Source: Nitrospirota bacterium
Lineage (GTDB): Bacteria; Nitrospirota; Thermodesulfovibrionia; Thermodesulfovibrionales; UBA1546
Direction of reading: 5' to 3'
DNA length: 64,000 bases
Assembly: GCA_016208915.1 (NCBI GenBank)
Contig: JACQXE010000037.1
Location: 4,905-68,904, forward strand
A model generated the notes under the pieces. That model saw only the letters and a program-made list of their open reading frames with translations, did not search any database and was not told where the DNA came from. How positions within the stretch are numbered: position 1 is the stretch's first letter; each line of letters begins with the position of its first letter. Positions 17,486 to 25,284 of the stretch are shown one piece after another. Both the position numbers and the translations under genes were made by a program.

Positions 17486-18511
17486 ATGGCTGAAATAGAA
17501 GGTATATATATCTACGGTATTGTTGATACTGCAGGAGAGAAAAGTCTCGGCATTGCTGGAATCACTGCGTATGGAGAGGTCTATACAATTCCACATCAGG
17601 ATATTTCTGCGGTTGTAAGTGATTCACAATTTGTAGATTACACCGCTCTTTCTAAGGATCGAGTTGCAAGATATCTTCTTGCTCACCAGCAGGCAATAGA
17701 GAAGATTATGGATTCTCATACCATTATTCCTGTGAAGCTCGGCACTTATGCCTTTAATATCAGAGAGGTAGAGGAGATTTTATCAAAGGGATACACAATG
17801 TTTAAAGATGTATTCAGGACGATCAATAACAAGATTGAGATTGATGTGGTAGCAACATGGAACGATTTGAATTCAGTAATTAAAGAGATCGGCGAAGACG
17901 AAAAGATTAAAGAGCTTAAAGAAAAGCTGATGTCTAAGCCTGAAGGTATATCTCTTGAAGACCAAATGAAGATAGGCAGTCTCATTAAGGATATTTTATA
18001 TATAAAGAGAGAAAAACTTGCCTCTGAAATAGGGACTGTATTAAGAAAGGTGAGTATAGATTCAAGGGCACATGGTCTTATGGATGACAGGATGATCTTT
18101 AATGCCGCCCTTCTTATAGATAAGGATAAAAGGGCTGAATTAGAGAAAGGATTAGATGAGATGAATGGGTTGTACAATGAAAAAATAGATTTTAAATGTG
18201 TTGGCCCTTTACCTCCATATAGTTTTTACACTGTAGAGGTTAAGAAGATCCCTTTTGGTGAGATAGATTGGGCAAAAGAAAAATTGGGCATTGATAACAT
18301 ACCAACAAAGGAAGATATCATAAAAGCATACCGCAGCAAAGCCAACTTATATCATCCAGATAAGAACAGAGGCGCTTCGGATGCAGACAGGCAATTTAAT
18401 GAAGTATTCAGGGCGTACAAAATCCTCCTTGAATACTGTCAAGAAGAAACTTGTTCATTTGATGAAAAAGAGTTCGGTCAAGATGCCATCATTGTAAAGA
18501 TAAGAGATTAA
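17486..18511 (+). CDS. GvpF/GvpL family protein fused to a C-terminal J-domain (DnaJ-like, HPD motif)
   Basis: N-terminus IYIYGIVD...ISAVVSD...HQQAIEKIMDSHTIIPVKLGT...FNAALLIDK...GPLPPYSF matches GvpL/F. C-terminus TKEDIIKAYRSKANLYHPDKNRGASDADRQFNEVFRAYKILLEY is a J-domain. Confidence 0.85.
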   Translation: MAEIEGIYIYGIVDTAGEKSLGIAGITAYGEVYTIPHQDISAVVSDSQFVDYTALSKDRVARYLLAHQQAIEKIMDSHTIIPVKLGTYAFNIREVEEILSKGYTMFKDVFRTINNKIEIDVVATWNDLNSVIKEIGEDEKIKELKEKLMSKPEGISLEDQMKIGSLIKDILYIKREKLASEIGTVLRKVSIDSRAHGLMDDRMIFNAALLIDKDKRAELEKGLDEMNGLYNEKIDFKCVGPLPPYSFYTVEVKKIPFGEIDWAKEKLGIDNIPTKEDIIKAYRSKANLYHPDKNRGASDADRQFNEVFRAYKILLEYCQEETCSFDEKEFGQDAIIVKIRD

Positions 18512-18515
18512 TATT

Positions 18516-19280
18516 ATGGAACAGGAAGGTAAATATATCTATTGCATTATTGCCACAAAACAGGAAAGGAATTTTGGACCCATTGGTATAGGTGGTGAGG
18601 AGATTTTAACTATTGGTCATGAGGATCTAAGCATGGTTGTGAGTAATCATCCTATGACTAAATTTGTGGTAAATCGCGAAAATATGTTAGCTCATGAGAA
18701 GGTAATTGAGGAGGTGATGAAGGAGTTTGATAGTGTGCTTCCAGTTAGATTCGGCACTATTGCCTCTAATGCCGATGAGTTAAGAAATCTATTAGATAGA
18801 AGATACAGAGAATTTAAGAACCTTCTAAGAGATATGGACCATAAGATAGAACTTGGCGTCAAGGGGATATGGAAGAACATGGATGTAATCTTTAAAGAAG
18901 TTGTAGACGAGAATAAAGCAATTAAGAGAACAAAAGAGGATATTCAGAACGACAAGAATAAGAAAAATATTCAGGCCAAAATGGAAGTAGGCAAGATGGT
19001 GGAGAAGGACCTGGAAAAGAAGAAAGAGAAAGAGGCGGAAAGAATCGTAGATGTATTGAGAAGAACAGCCTTTGACTATAAACTTAATAAGACTATTAGT
19101 GATGGGATGTTTATAAATGCCGCCTTTTTGGTGGATAAAGGCAGGGGAAAAGAATTTGATAACGTAATGGATGATCTGAGTGAAAAATATAAGGACAGAA
19201 TAAAGTTTATGTACGCCGGACCCCTGCCTGTCTTTAATTTTGTCAACATTGTTATTTATCCTGAGAGATGGGAGGAATAG
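18516..19280 (+). CDS. GvpF/GvpL family gas vesicle protein
   Basis: KYIYCII...LSMVVSN...HEKVIEEVMKEFDSVLPVRFGT...INAAFLVDK...AGPLPVFNF. Confidence 0.85.
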   Translation: MEQEGKYIYCIIATKQERNFGPIGIGGEEILTIGHEDLSMVVSNHPMTKFVVNRENMLAHEKVIEEVMKEFDSVLPVRFGTIASNADELRNLLDRRYREFKNLLRDMDHKIELGVKGIWKNMDVIFKEVVDENKAIKRTKEDIQNDKNKKNIQAKMEVGKMVEKDLEKKKEKEAERIVDVLRRTAFDYKLNKTISDGMFINAAFLVDKGRGKEFDNVMDDLSEKYKDRIKFMYAGPLPVFNFVNIVIYPERWEE

Positions 19281-19283
19281 TTT

Positions 19284-19790
19284 ATGTTATCAGGGACAGA
19301 AGCAGATATTATAAATACTGTTGCCAGATTAAAAGAGGCAACCAAGGACCAACTAAGAAAAGAGGTAGGTTTTTCTTCAGATTATATTAGCTATTTATGT
19401 GGATATTTGGTCAGAAAAGGTTATCTAAATTTTTCTGATGGGCATTATTCTCTGGCAAGGATGGAAATAAAGACTTTGCGGAGAGAAGATACACAGATCG
19501 ACAGGGAGTTAATCAAAGAGATTGCCAATGAGGTTGCTGGAGAGCTCAGTGGTAAGTTAAGAAAAACAGTAAAAGAGATAAAAATACCGGTTGCACAGAT
19601 AAGGCAGAAAGCAAAACAGATACCAGAAGAAAAAATAAATCCCGATTTTGAATTTCCTGTAGAGGATGAAAGTTTAGCCTTAGAAAGTAATATCAATAAA
19701 ATAGGGCCAAACTTAGAAAAAGAGAAATCTAACATTGACAGGTTAGTGAAATTATTTAAAAAAATTCAAAAGAGATGGAGGAAAAGATGA
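19284..19790 (+). CDS. winged-helix (MarR/TrmB-like) N-terminal domain protein, putative regulator
   Basis: EADIINTVARLKEATKDQLRKEVGFSSDYISYLCGYLVRKGYL is wHTH-like. The C-terminal half is charged. Confidence 0.5.
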   Translation: MLSGTEADIINTVARLKEATKDQLRKEVGFSSDYISYLCGYLVRKGYLNFSDGHYSLARMEIKTLRREDTQIDRELIKEIANEVAGELSGKLRKTVKEIKIPVAQIRQKAKQIPEEKINPDFEFPVEDESLALESNINKIGPNLEKEKSNIDRLVKLFKKIQKRWRKR

Positions 19791-20881
19791 ACAATGGGAA
19801 TGAAGAAAAGGAGACAAAGGACATTAAAGGACAAAAAGGTAAGGGAGTTGATATAGGGACAGTATTTGTAAAGTGTGCGTACACAGATAGTGATGAAGTC
19901 ATATTCAAGTCGCAGCGAAACGCCTTCTTTGAAGTAGAATATGCAGGTTTTACTATTACTAAGAAGATATTCGATGACCGTGGAATAAAATATGTTATAA
20001 AAGACGATAAACTTTATGTTGTAGGCAATGATACATTACAATTTGCCAATATATTTAATAAAGAGACAAGAAGGCCCCTAAGTAATGGTGTGATTAGTTC
20101 AACAGAAAAAGAGGCCCTTCCTATAGTAGAACTATTGATAAAGAGCGTGGTGGGTGAGCCTGCTGTCAAAGATGAGATAGTCTACTTTTCCGTCCCGGGT
20201 GAGCCTCTGGATGCAGATTTTAATATCATATATCATATAAAGACCCTTGAAGGATTCCTAAAGACTCTCGGTTATACCCCAAAGCCGATAAATGAAGCCC
20301 TGGCGGTTATATTATCCGAGTTAGCCGATAAAGACTTTACCGGAATCGGCATTTCTTTTGGTGGCGGGATGGTCAATGTCTGCCTGAGTTTTATGTCTGT
20401 GCCCATTTTTAAGTTTTCGGTTATCAGGGCAGGTGACTGGATAGACCAGCAGGTCGCTATGGCAGTGGATGAGGCAGCCACCCGTGTATCAGCGATAAAG
20501 GAATTCTCTCTTAATTTGAGTAGGGAAAAAGAATTAGGCAAGATAGAAAACGCCCTCTCCATATATTACAATGACCTCATTGGGTATGTAATTGAACATA
20601 TAAAGCAGGAGCTTGATAAGGCAGGGGGAGGGCCTGCTATGGCTAAGCCTGTAACTATTGTCCTATCTGGAGGTACTTCACTTCCCAAGGGTTTTGCCCA
20701 TAGGTTTAAACAGATTTTGGATCATTTGAAATTCCCTATTCCAGTTGGCGAGGTAAGGATGGCAGCACAACCTTTAAGTTCGGTAGCTAAGGGAGCATTG
20801 ATTGCTGCAAGGTCAGAAGGGGATAATAGTCAAACATCTGCTTCTAATAGGGCAAATGGAAGCATCCTTGAAAGAAGGTAA
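19775..20881 (+). CDS. actin/Hsp70-fold (ASKHA superfamily) ATPase, MreB/ParM-like size
   Basis: Phosphate-1 GVDIGTVFVK, phosphate-2 GIGISFGGGMVNV, and adenosine motif IVLSGGTSLPKGF. 368 aa. Confidence 0.7.
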   Translation: MEEKMNNGNEEKETKDIKGQKGKGVDIGTVFVKCAYTDSDEVIFKSQRNAFFEVEYAGFTITKKIFDDRGIKYVIKDDKLYVVGNDTLQFANIFNKETRRPLSNGVISSTEKEALPIVELLIKSVVGEPAVKDEIVYFSVPGEPLDADFNIIYHIKTLEGFLKTLGYTPKPINEALAVILSELADKDFTGIGISFGGGMVNVCLSFMSVPIFKFSVIRAGDWIDQQVAMAVDEAATRVSAIKEFSLNLSREKELGKIENALSIYYNDLIGYVIEHIKQELDKAGGGPAMAKPVTIVLSGGTSLPKGFAHRFKQILDHLKFPIPVGEVRMAAQPLSSVAKGALIAARSEGDNSQTSASNRANGSILERR

Positions 20882-21623
20882 ATATACATATTGCATAATA
20901 AAGTCAAGCCAATCTCAATCATTTGGCTCATTGGGGATTGGTGGCAGAGGCGATGAATTGTATACAATCTGTTTTAATGATATTGCCGCAGTGGTAAGTA
21001 ATTCTCCCATTAAAAGATATCCTGTATCAAGGGAAAATATGCTTGCACATGAAAAGGCAATTGAGGAAGTAATGAAGGAGCATACAGTTTTGCCAGTTCG
21101 ATTTTGCACTATTGCCGAAGACGAAGCGAAGGTAAAAAGAATTTTAGAAAAGGAATACGATAAATTTAAGAACCTATTAAAAGGTATTCAGGGTAAAAGG
21201 GAACTTGGTCTAAAAGTAGTTTTTAAAGAGGATGTTATGTATAAAGATATCTTAGAAAAATATGAAGATATAAAGGTATTAAAAGAAAAAATTGCGACAC
21301 TACCCTCTGAAAAGACATATTTCCAACGTATGGAAATAGGAAAAATGGTTGAGGCTGCTTTAGAAAAAGAGAAAGAGATTTATAAAGAGGATATCTTGGA
21401 GACCCTGTCGCCTTTAGCATTGGAAGTGAAGACCAATAATACCTATGGCGAGCGGATGATTGTCAATGCTGCCTTTTTGGTAGAGAAACACAAAGAGGCA
21501 GAGTTTGACCAAAGGGTTCAGGAACACGGTGAAAAATATGGTGATAAAATGAAATTCAAGTATGTGGGGACATTGCCGCCATTTAATTTTATTAATTTAA
21601 CAATAAATGTTGAGGAATATTAA
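20856..21623 (+). CDS. GvpF/GvpL family gas vesicle protein
   Basis: KYTYCIIKS...IAAVVSN...HEKAIEEVMKEHTVLPVRFCT...VNAAFLVEK...GTLPPFNF. ATG 20856 is preferred over the upstream track start. Confidence 0.85.
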   Translation: MEASLKEGKYTYCIIKSSQSQSFGSLGIGGRGDELYTICFNDIAAVVSNSPIKRYPVSRENMLAHEKAIEEVMKEHTVLPVRFCTIAEDEAKVKRILEKEYDKFKNLLKGIQGKRELGLKVVFKEDVMYKDILEKYEDIKVLKEKIATLPSEKTYFQRMEIGKMVEAALEKEKEIYKEDILETLSPLALEVKTNNTYGERMIVNAAFLVEKHKEAEFDQRVQEHGEKYGDKMKFKYVGTLPPFNFINLTINVEEY

Positions 21624-21625
21624 AG

Positions 21626-21862
21626 GTGCTTTTAATAGACGACCTGTTGCTATTACCGTTTAAAGGGCTGGCGGGCGTATTTAAAAAGATCCATGAAATG
21701 GCAGATAGGGAATTGTCTGACGAGGATTATATTAGAGAAAGGCTCATGGAACTACAGTTAAGATTTGAGTTGGATGAGCTCAGCGAGGAAGAATATATAA
21801 AACAGGAAAAAGGACTAATGGCACGTTTAGATACCATTAGAAAAGTAAAAGAGGAGGTGTGA
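21626..21862 (+). CDS. gvpG: gas vesicle protein GvpG
   Basis: LLIDDLLLLPFKGLAGVFKKIHEMADRELSDEDYIRERLMELQLRFELDELSEEEY is the typical GvpG sequence. Confidence 0.85.
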   Translation: MLLIDDLLLLPFKGLAGVFKKIHEMADRELSDEDYIRERLMELQLRFELDELSEEEYIKQEKGLMARLDTIRKVKEEV

Positions 21863-21864
21863 AG

Positions 21865-22128
21865 ATGGCTAATATAGAAGACGCCAGGAAAGTAGTTAGC
21901 GATTTTTTAAAAAAGACTTTGGACGTAAAAGACGTAAAGGTTTTTGAGGCAACAAAGAATGGCGAAGGCTGGGATTTCGAGGCAGAAATATATGAGGAGA
22001 GTTCATTTATAAAGTCCCTTGGCCTTCCCACGAGAGTGCTGGATAGGAATATCTATGAGGTTAAACTGGATGATAATTTAGAAGTCCAATCCTATGGACG
22101 CAAGGGACAATCAAAAACAACTGAATGA
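21865..22128 (+). CDS. gvpO: gas vesicle protein GvpO-like
   Basis: GEGWDFEAEIYEES...RNIYEVKLDDNLEVQSYGR follows the GvpO pattern (EGW...vEv.E...YE..LD....v..Y.R). A GGAGG SD lies 7 nt upstream of ATG 21865. Confidence 0.65.
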   Translation: MANIEDARKVVSDFLKKTLDVKDVKVFEATKNGEGWDFEAEIYEESSFIKSLGLPTRVLDRNIYEVKLDDNLEVQSYGRKGQSKTTE

Positions 22129-23033
22129 TGTCGGCTCATGAGAAGGTGACGGGGATGAGGGAAAAATTAATATATGTTTATTGTGTTAGTCACAAAGAAC
22201 CGAATTTTAAAGATTCAGATTTAGGTAACTCCCACACCAAAATTTTTGGTGTGAGGGTTTACCCTATTTGCCACCAGGACCTTTATGCTGTGGTTAGTAA
22301 GGTTTCAGAGGATGAATTTACTGAGGAAAACTTAAAGAAGAATTTGTCCGATATGAAGTGGGTAGAGTCTAATGTCTTGAGGCATGAGGAAGTAATTGAA
22401 GAGATAATGAGAGATTGCACTGTTATTCCGTTTAAATTCGCCACTATTTTTAAGACAGAGGAAAATGTAAAGGCTTTGCTTGAAGAACACACCGAGGAAT
22501 TTAAAAAAAGTCTTGAGGGATTAGAAGGCAAAGAAGAATGGGGCATTAAGGTGTATTGTAATATTGATATTCTAAAGACAAATCTTATAAAGGAAAATGA
22601 GGAAATAAAAAGGATGGAGCAGGATATTAAATTGTCTTCTGCTGGCAAGGCTTATTTATTAATGAAAAAGAGGGATGGGTTAATAGAAAGTATTCTAAAT
22701 AAGAAAATCAATGAGTATGGTCAGGATATTTTTGAAGAACTTAATGCACTAAGCAGAGATACACGCATCAATAAACTATTGCCGAAAGAAGTAACTGAGC
22801 AAAAAGATGAGATGATCCTGAATGCTGCCTTTTTGATTGATACATGCAAAATCATAGTGTTTATTGATACTGCAATTTTTCTAAAGGAAAAATATAAAGA
22901 TAAGGGGCTCAACCTTAATTGCACAGGTCCCTGGCCCCCTTATAATTTCTGTTCGATAAACCCCATTAGTAGTGGGAGAGATTCAAATCTGTTTGAGACT
23001 CCTAAGGGGGTAAAGAAGGAAAAGGCAATATGA
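22125..23033 (+). CDS. GvpL/GvpF family gas vesicle protein
   Basis: LIYVYCV...LYAVVSKV...HEEVIEEIMRDCTVIPFKFAT...LNAAFLID...GPWPPYNF. Confidence 0.8.
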   Translation: MMSAHEKVTGMREKLIYVYCVSHKEPNFKDSDLGNSHTKIFGVRVYPICHQDLYAVVSKVSEDEFTEENLKKNLSDMKWVESNVLRHEEVIEEIMRDCTVIPFKFATIFKTEENVKALLEEHTEEFKKSLEGLEGKEEWGIKVYCNIDILKTNLIKENEEIKRMEQDIKLSSAGKAYLLMKKRDGLIESILNKKINEYGQDIFEELNALSRDTRINKLLPKEVTEQKDEMILNAAFLIDTCKIIVFIDTAIFLKEKYKDKGLNLNCTGPWPPYNFCSINPISSGRDSNLFETPKGVKKEKAI

Positions 23034-23710
23034 GCAGTGTTGTCCTGGAATCTAAGAATATAACCTTAGTAGAAACCCTAGACAGGGTGCTAAATAAAGG
23101 GGTAATTCTGAGCGGAGATATTACAATTTCTGTTGCTGATGTGGATTTAATCTTTGTAGGGTTGAAGGTATTACTTGCCTCTGTCGAGACAGCCGAGAAA
23201 ATGCGTTTAGGATATAAAAATGATAGGTGGAATGGGAAAAATGGCGAAACGAAGAATGAAAATACATCACCCTCCCCTCTATCCCCTCCCGTCAAGGGAG
23301 GGGAGTTTATGAGAGGCCCCTCTCCCTTGGCGGTCGCCTCATTCTCCTCAGCGAACCCGCCTGAGTGCGGGGGCGACTCGTCGAGGAGAGGAGAGGGCAA
23401 GGGTGAGGGGAGATTTTCGGAGCAACCCAAAGAGATAAAGGCAGTTCTCCCGAGAATTGATGCCGAGCCAGAAAAGGTTGAGCAAGGGCTATCAAAATTA
23501 GTATTAACTCTTATAGACTTGCTCAGAAAACTTATGGAGAAACAGGCTATAAGAAGAATAGACGGGGGTTCTCTTTCTGACAACGAGGTAGAAAAGCTTG
23601 GATATACGTTTATGAGATTAGAAAATAAGATGGAAGAGTTAAAAAAGGTATTTGGGCTTAAGGATGAAGACCTGAACTTAAACTTAGGTCCCTTAGGGGA
23701 TTTGATGTGA
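23030..23710 (+). CDS. fusion ORF: GvpA-like (GvpS/J/M-type) N-domain, then a GC-rich repeat-derived linker, then a GvpK-like C-domain
   Basis: N-domain: LVETLDRVLNKGVILSGDITISVADVDLIFVGLKVLLASVETAEKM. C-domain: EKVEQGLSKLVLTLIDLLRKLMEKQAIRRIDGGSLSDNEVEKLG...DLNLNLGPLGDL, the GvpK signature. I found no ATG/GTG/TTG in frame just upstream of the K part. Confidence 0.75.
   Translation: MSSVVLESKNITLVETLDRVLNKGVILSGDITISVADVDLIFVGLKVLLASVETAEKMRLGYKNDRWNGKNGETKNENTSPSPLSPPVKGGEFMRGPSPLAVASFSSANPPECGGDSSRRGEGKGEGRFSEQPKEIKAVLPRIDAEPEKVEQGLSKLVLTLIDLLRKLMEKQAIRRIDGGSLSDNEVEKLGYTFMRLENKMEELKKVFGLKDEDLNLNLGPLGDLM
23266..23414. repeat. GC-rich nested-palindrome repeat block inserted in frame inside the GvpA-like/GvpK ORF
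   Basis: tcaccctcccctctatcccctcccgtcaagggagggg...cccgcctgagtgcggg...gagggcaagggtgaggggag. It contrasts sharply with the AT-rich flanks and translates to SPSPLSPPVKGGE...GEGKGEG. Confidence 0.75.
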
Positions 23711-23742
23711 TGACAGAAAGAATAAAATAAGGAGAAAACATT

Positions 23743-24048
23743 ATGGCTGAACAACAGCTGGCGCATGCTATACAGGCGACTAATTTGGCTGACATCTTAG
23801 AGCGGGTACTGGATAAGGGAATCGTTATTGCCGGGGATATCAAGATAAGCCTGGCTGATGTTGAACTTCTGAATATCAAGATAAGACTTTTGATTGCCTC
23901 GGTTGATAAGGCTATGGAGATGGGCATCAATTGGTGGCAGCAGGATCCTTATTTATCTACAAAGGCAAGAGAAGCTGAAATAGAAAAAGAGAACGCATCT
24001 CTAAAAAAGAGATTAGAACGTTTGGAAGCAAAGATAAAGGCGAAATAA
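23743..24048 (+). CDS. gvpJ: gas vesicle protein GvpJ (GvpA family)
   Basis: LADILERVLDKGIVIAGDIKISLADVELLNIKIRLLIASVDKAMEMGINWWQQDP. Confidence 0.85.
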   Translation: MAEQQLAHAIQATNLADILERVLDKGIVIAGDIKISLADVELLNIKIRLLIASVDKAMEMGINWWQQDPYLSTKAREAEIEKENASLKKRLERLEAKIKAK

Positions 24049-24066
24049 CTTATTCCGCATTTCATT

Positions 24067-24753
24067 ATGAGAACGCTGATTTATGTCCCGGTTATACATA
24101 CCAGCGCTGACCTTGGCTCTTTGGCAGGGGATGTGATAAAAAGAGGAATCGCTGATTTAGGAGGAGAGGTTTGGAAAGAACATCAAAGAACAGTTGAAGG
24201 CCTTTGGGATGCCATATCCCATTATTTTGATTCTATAGATATATCAGGAATGAAAATATATCAGGATGGGATGATAGCAGAAGGTGAGATGGGACAGAAA
24301 ATAGTTGAAGAGGGCATAAAATCAGGAAGTAGAAATTATGAAGTAATCGCAAAGCTACTACAAAAAGGAGCCATTTTAATTAAGACAGAGGACCTTAAGC
24401 TTGTCAAGGGAGAACGTGATATGTTACTTGCCATAACACAGGCAAAGTCAATACTTGAGAAATTAATCACACTTATGAAATATAAATTAGTCAAAAATAG
24501 ACTTTTAAACAAAAGAGATAAATTTATTGCCAAAAGGATAGATGAAACTTTAAAGGATGGCGAGACAGGAATCATTTTTATCGGCGCATACCATAATATT
24601 AAGAAGTGGCTCCCTAAAGACATTCAAATTAAAGAGATAAAAGATATGGATAAAGTAAAGGAATATCAGATGCTACTTCCTTTTTATAATAAGGATCAAA
24701 AGCGGTTTGAGGAGCTGGGTAGATACCTTGTCTCGAAAATAAACCTGTCCTGA
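24067..24753 (+). CDS. hypothetical protein, last gene of the gvp island
   Basis: 228-aa ORF on the same strand, 18 nt after gvpJ. I recognise no family. Confidence 0.5.
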   Translation: MRTLIYVPVIHTSADLGSLAGDVIKRGIADLGGEVWKEHQRTVEGLWDAISHYFDSIDISGMKIYQDGMIAEGEMGQKIVEEGIKSGSRNYEVIAKLLQKGAILIKTEDLKLVKGERDMLLAITQAKSILEKLITLMKYKLVKNRLLNKRDKFIAKRIDETLKDGETGIIFIGAYHNIKKWLPKDIQIKEIKDMDKVKEYQMLLPFYNKDQKRFEELGRYLVSKINLS

Positions 24754-24846
24754 CGACAGGTCAGGATTAGTCCGCCTGCAAAGACAGAAAAAAGGAGAAG
24801 AAATGATACAAAGAAATGTGATTCGAAAAGGATGAAATGTTATCAG

Positions 24847-25281
24847 TTATCTCAATTGAAGCCTGCTAAGTGTCAAGCCTATATATTTATTTAGGAAATG
24901 GTTACGAGGCAGAAAGGGGATAATAGGTTTTTTTCTTTTTCCGAGGATTTCGAGTATCTGCTTTATCTCTTGGTTGTCTCCATGAGAAAGACCTCTTCTT
25001 AACACCTCTAATGCTTCAGTCTTTCTGTCTGCCTTAAGATATATTCTGCCGAGGTTTAAGTAGTGCAGAGGATTATCTGGTTCTCTTTCCAATGAATCAT
25101 GACACATTGCTATAGCTTCTGTGATTTTTCCTCTCTCTGCTGCTATGCAGTATGCGAGGTATGACTGTATTTGAGGTGTTTTTTTGATATTGTAGGCTTT
25201 TTCAAAACACGAGAGGGCGCCGAGAGGATCATCTGCTTTCAGTAATGCAAGGCCTTTTTCAAATAATTCATCTGCAGTCAG
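24847..25281 (-). CDS. small TPR-repeat protein; start uncertain (TPR-like sequence extends upstream of the only ATG at 25107 to a CTG at 25281)
   Basis: Reverse translation gives LTADELFEKGLALLKADDPLGALSCFEKAYNIKKTPQIQSYLAYCIAAERGKITEAIAMCHDSLEREPDNPLHYLNLGRIYLKADRKTEALEVLRRGL, which reads as TPR units. The frame opens 1 codon after the cimA stop. Confidence 0.5.
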   Translation of the reverse strand: MTADELFEKGLALLKADDPLGALSCFEKAYNIKKTPQIQSYLAYCIAAERGKITEAIAMCHDSLEREPDNPLHYLNLGRIYLKADRKTEALEVLRRGLSHGDNQEIKQILEILGKRKKPIIPFLPRNHFLNKYIGLTLSRLQLR

Positions 25282-25284
25282 ATG

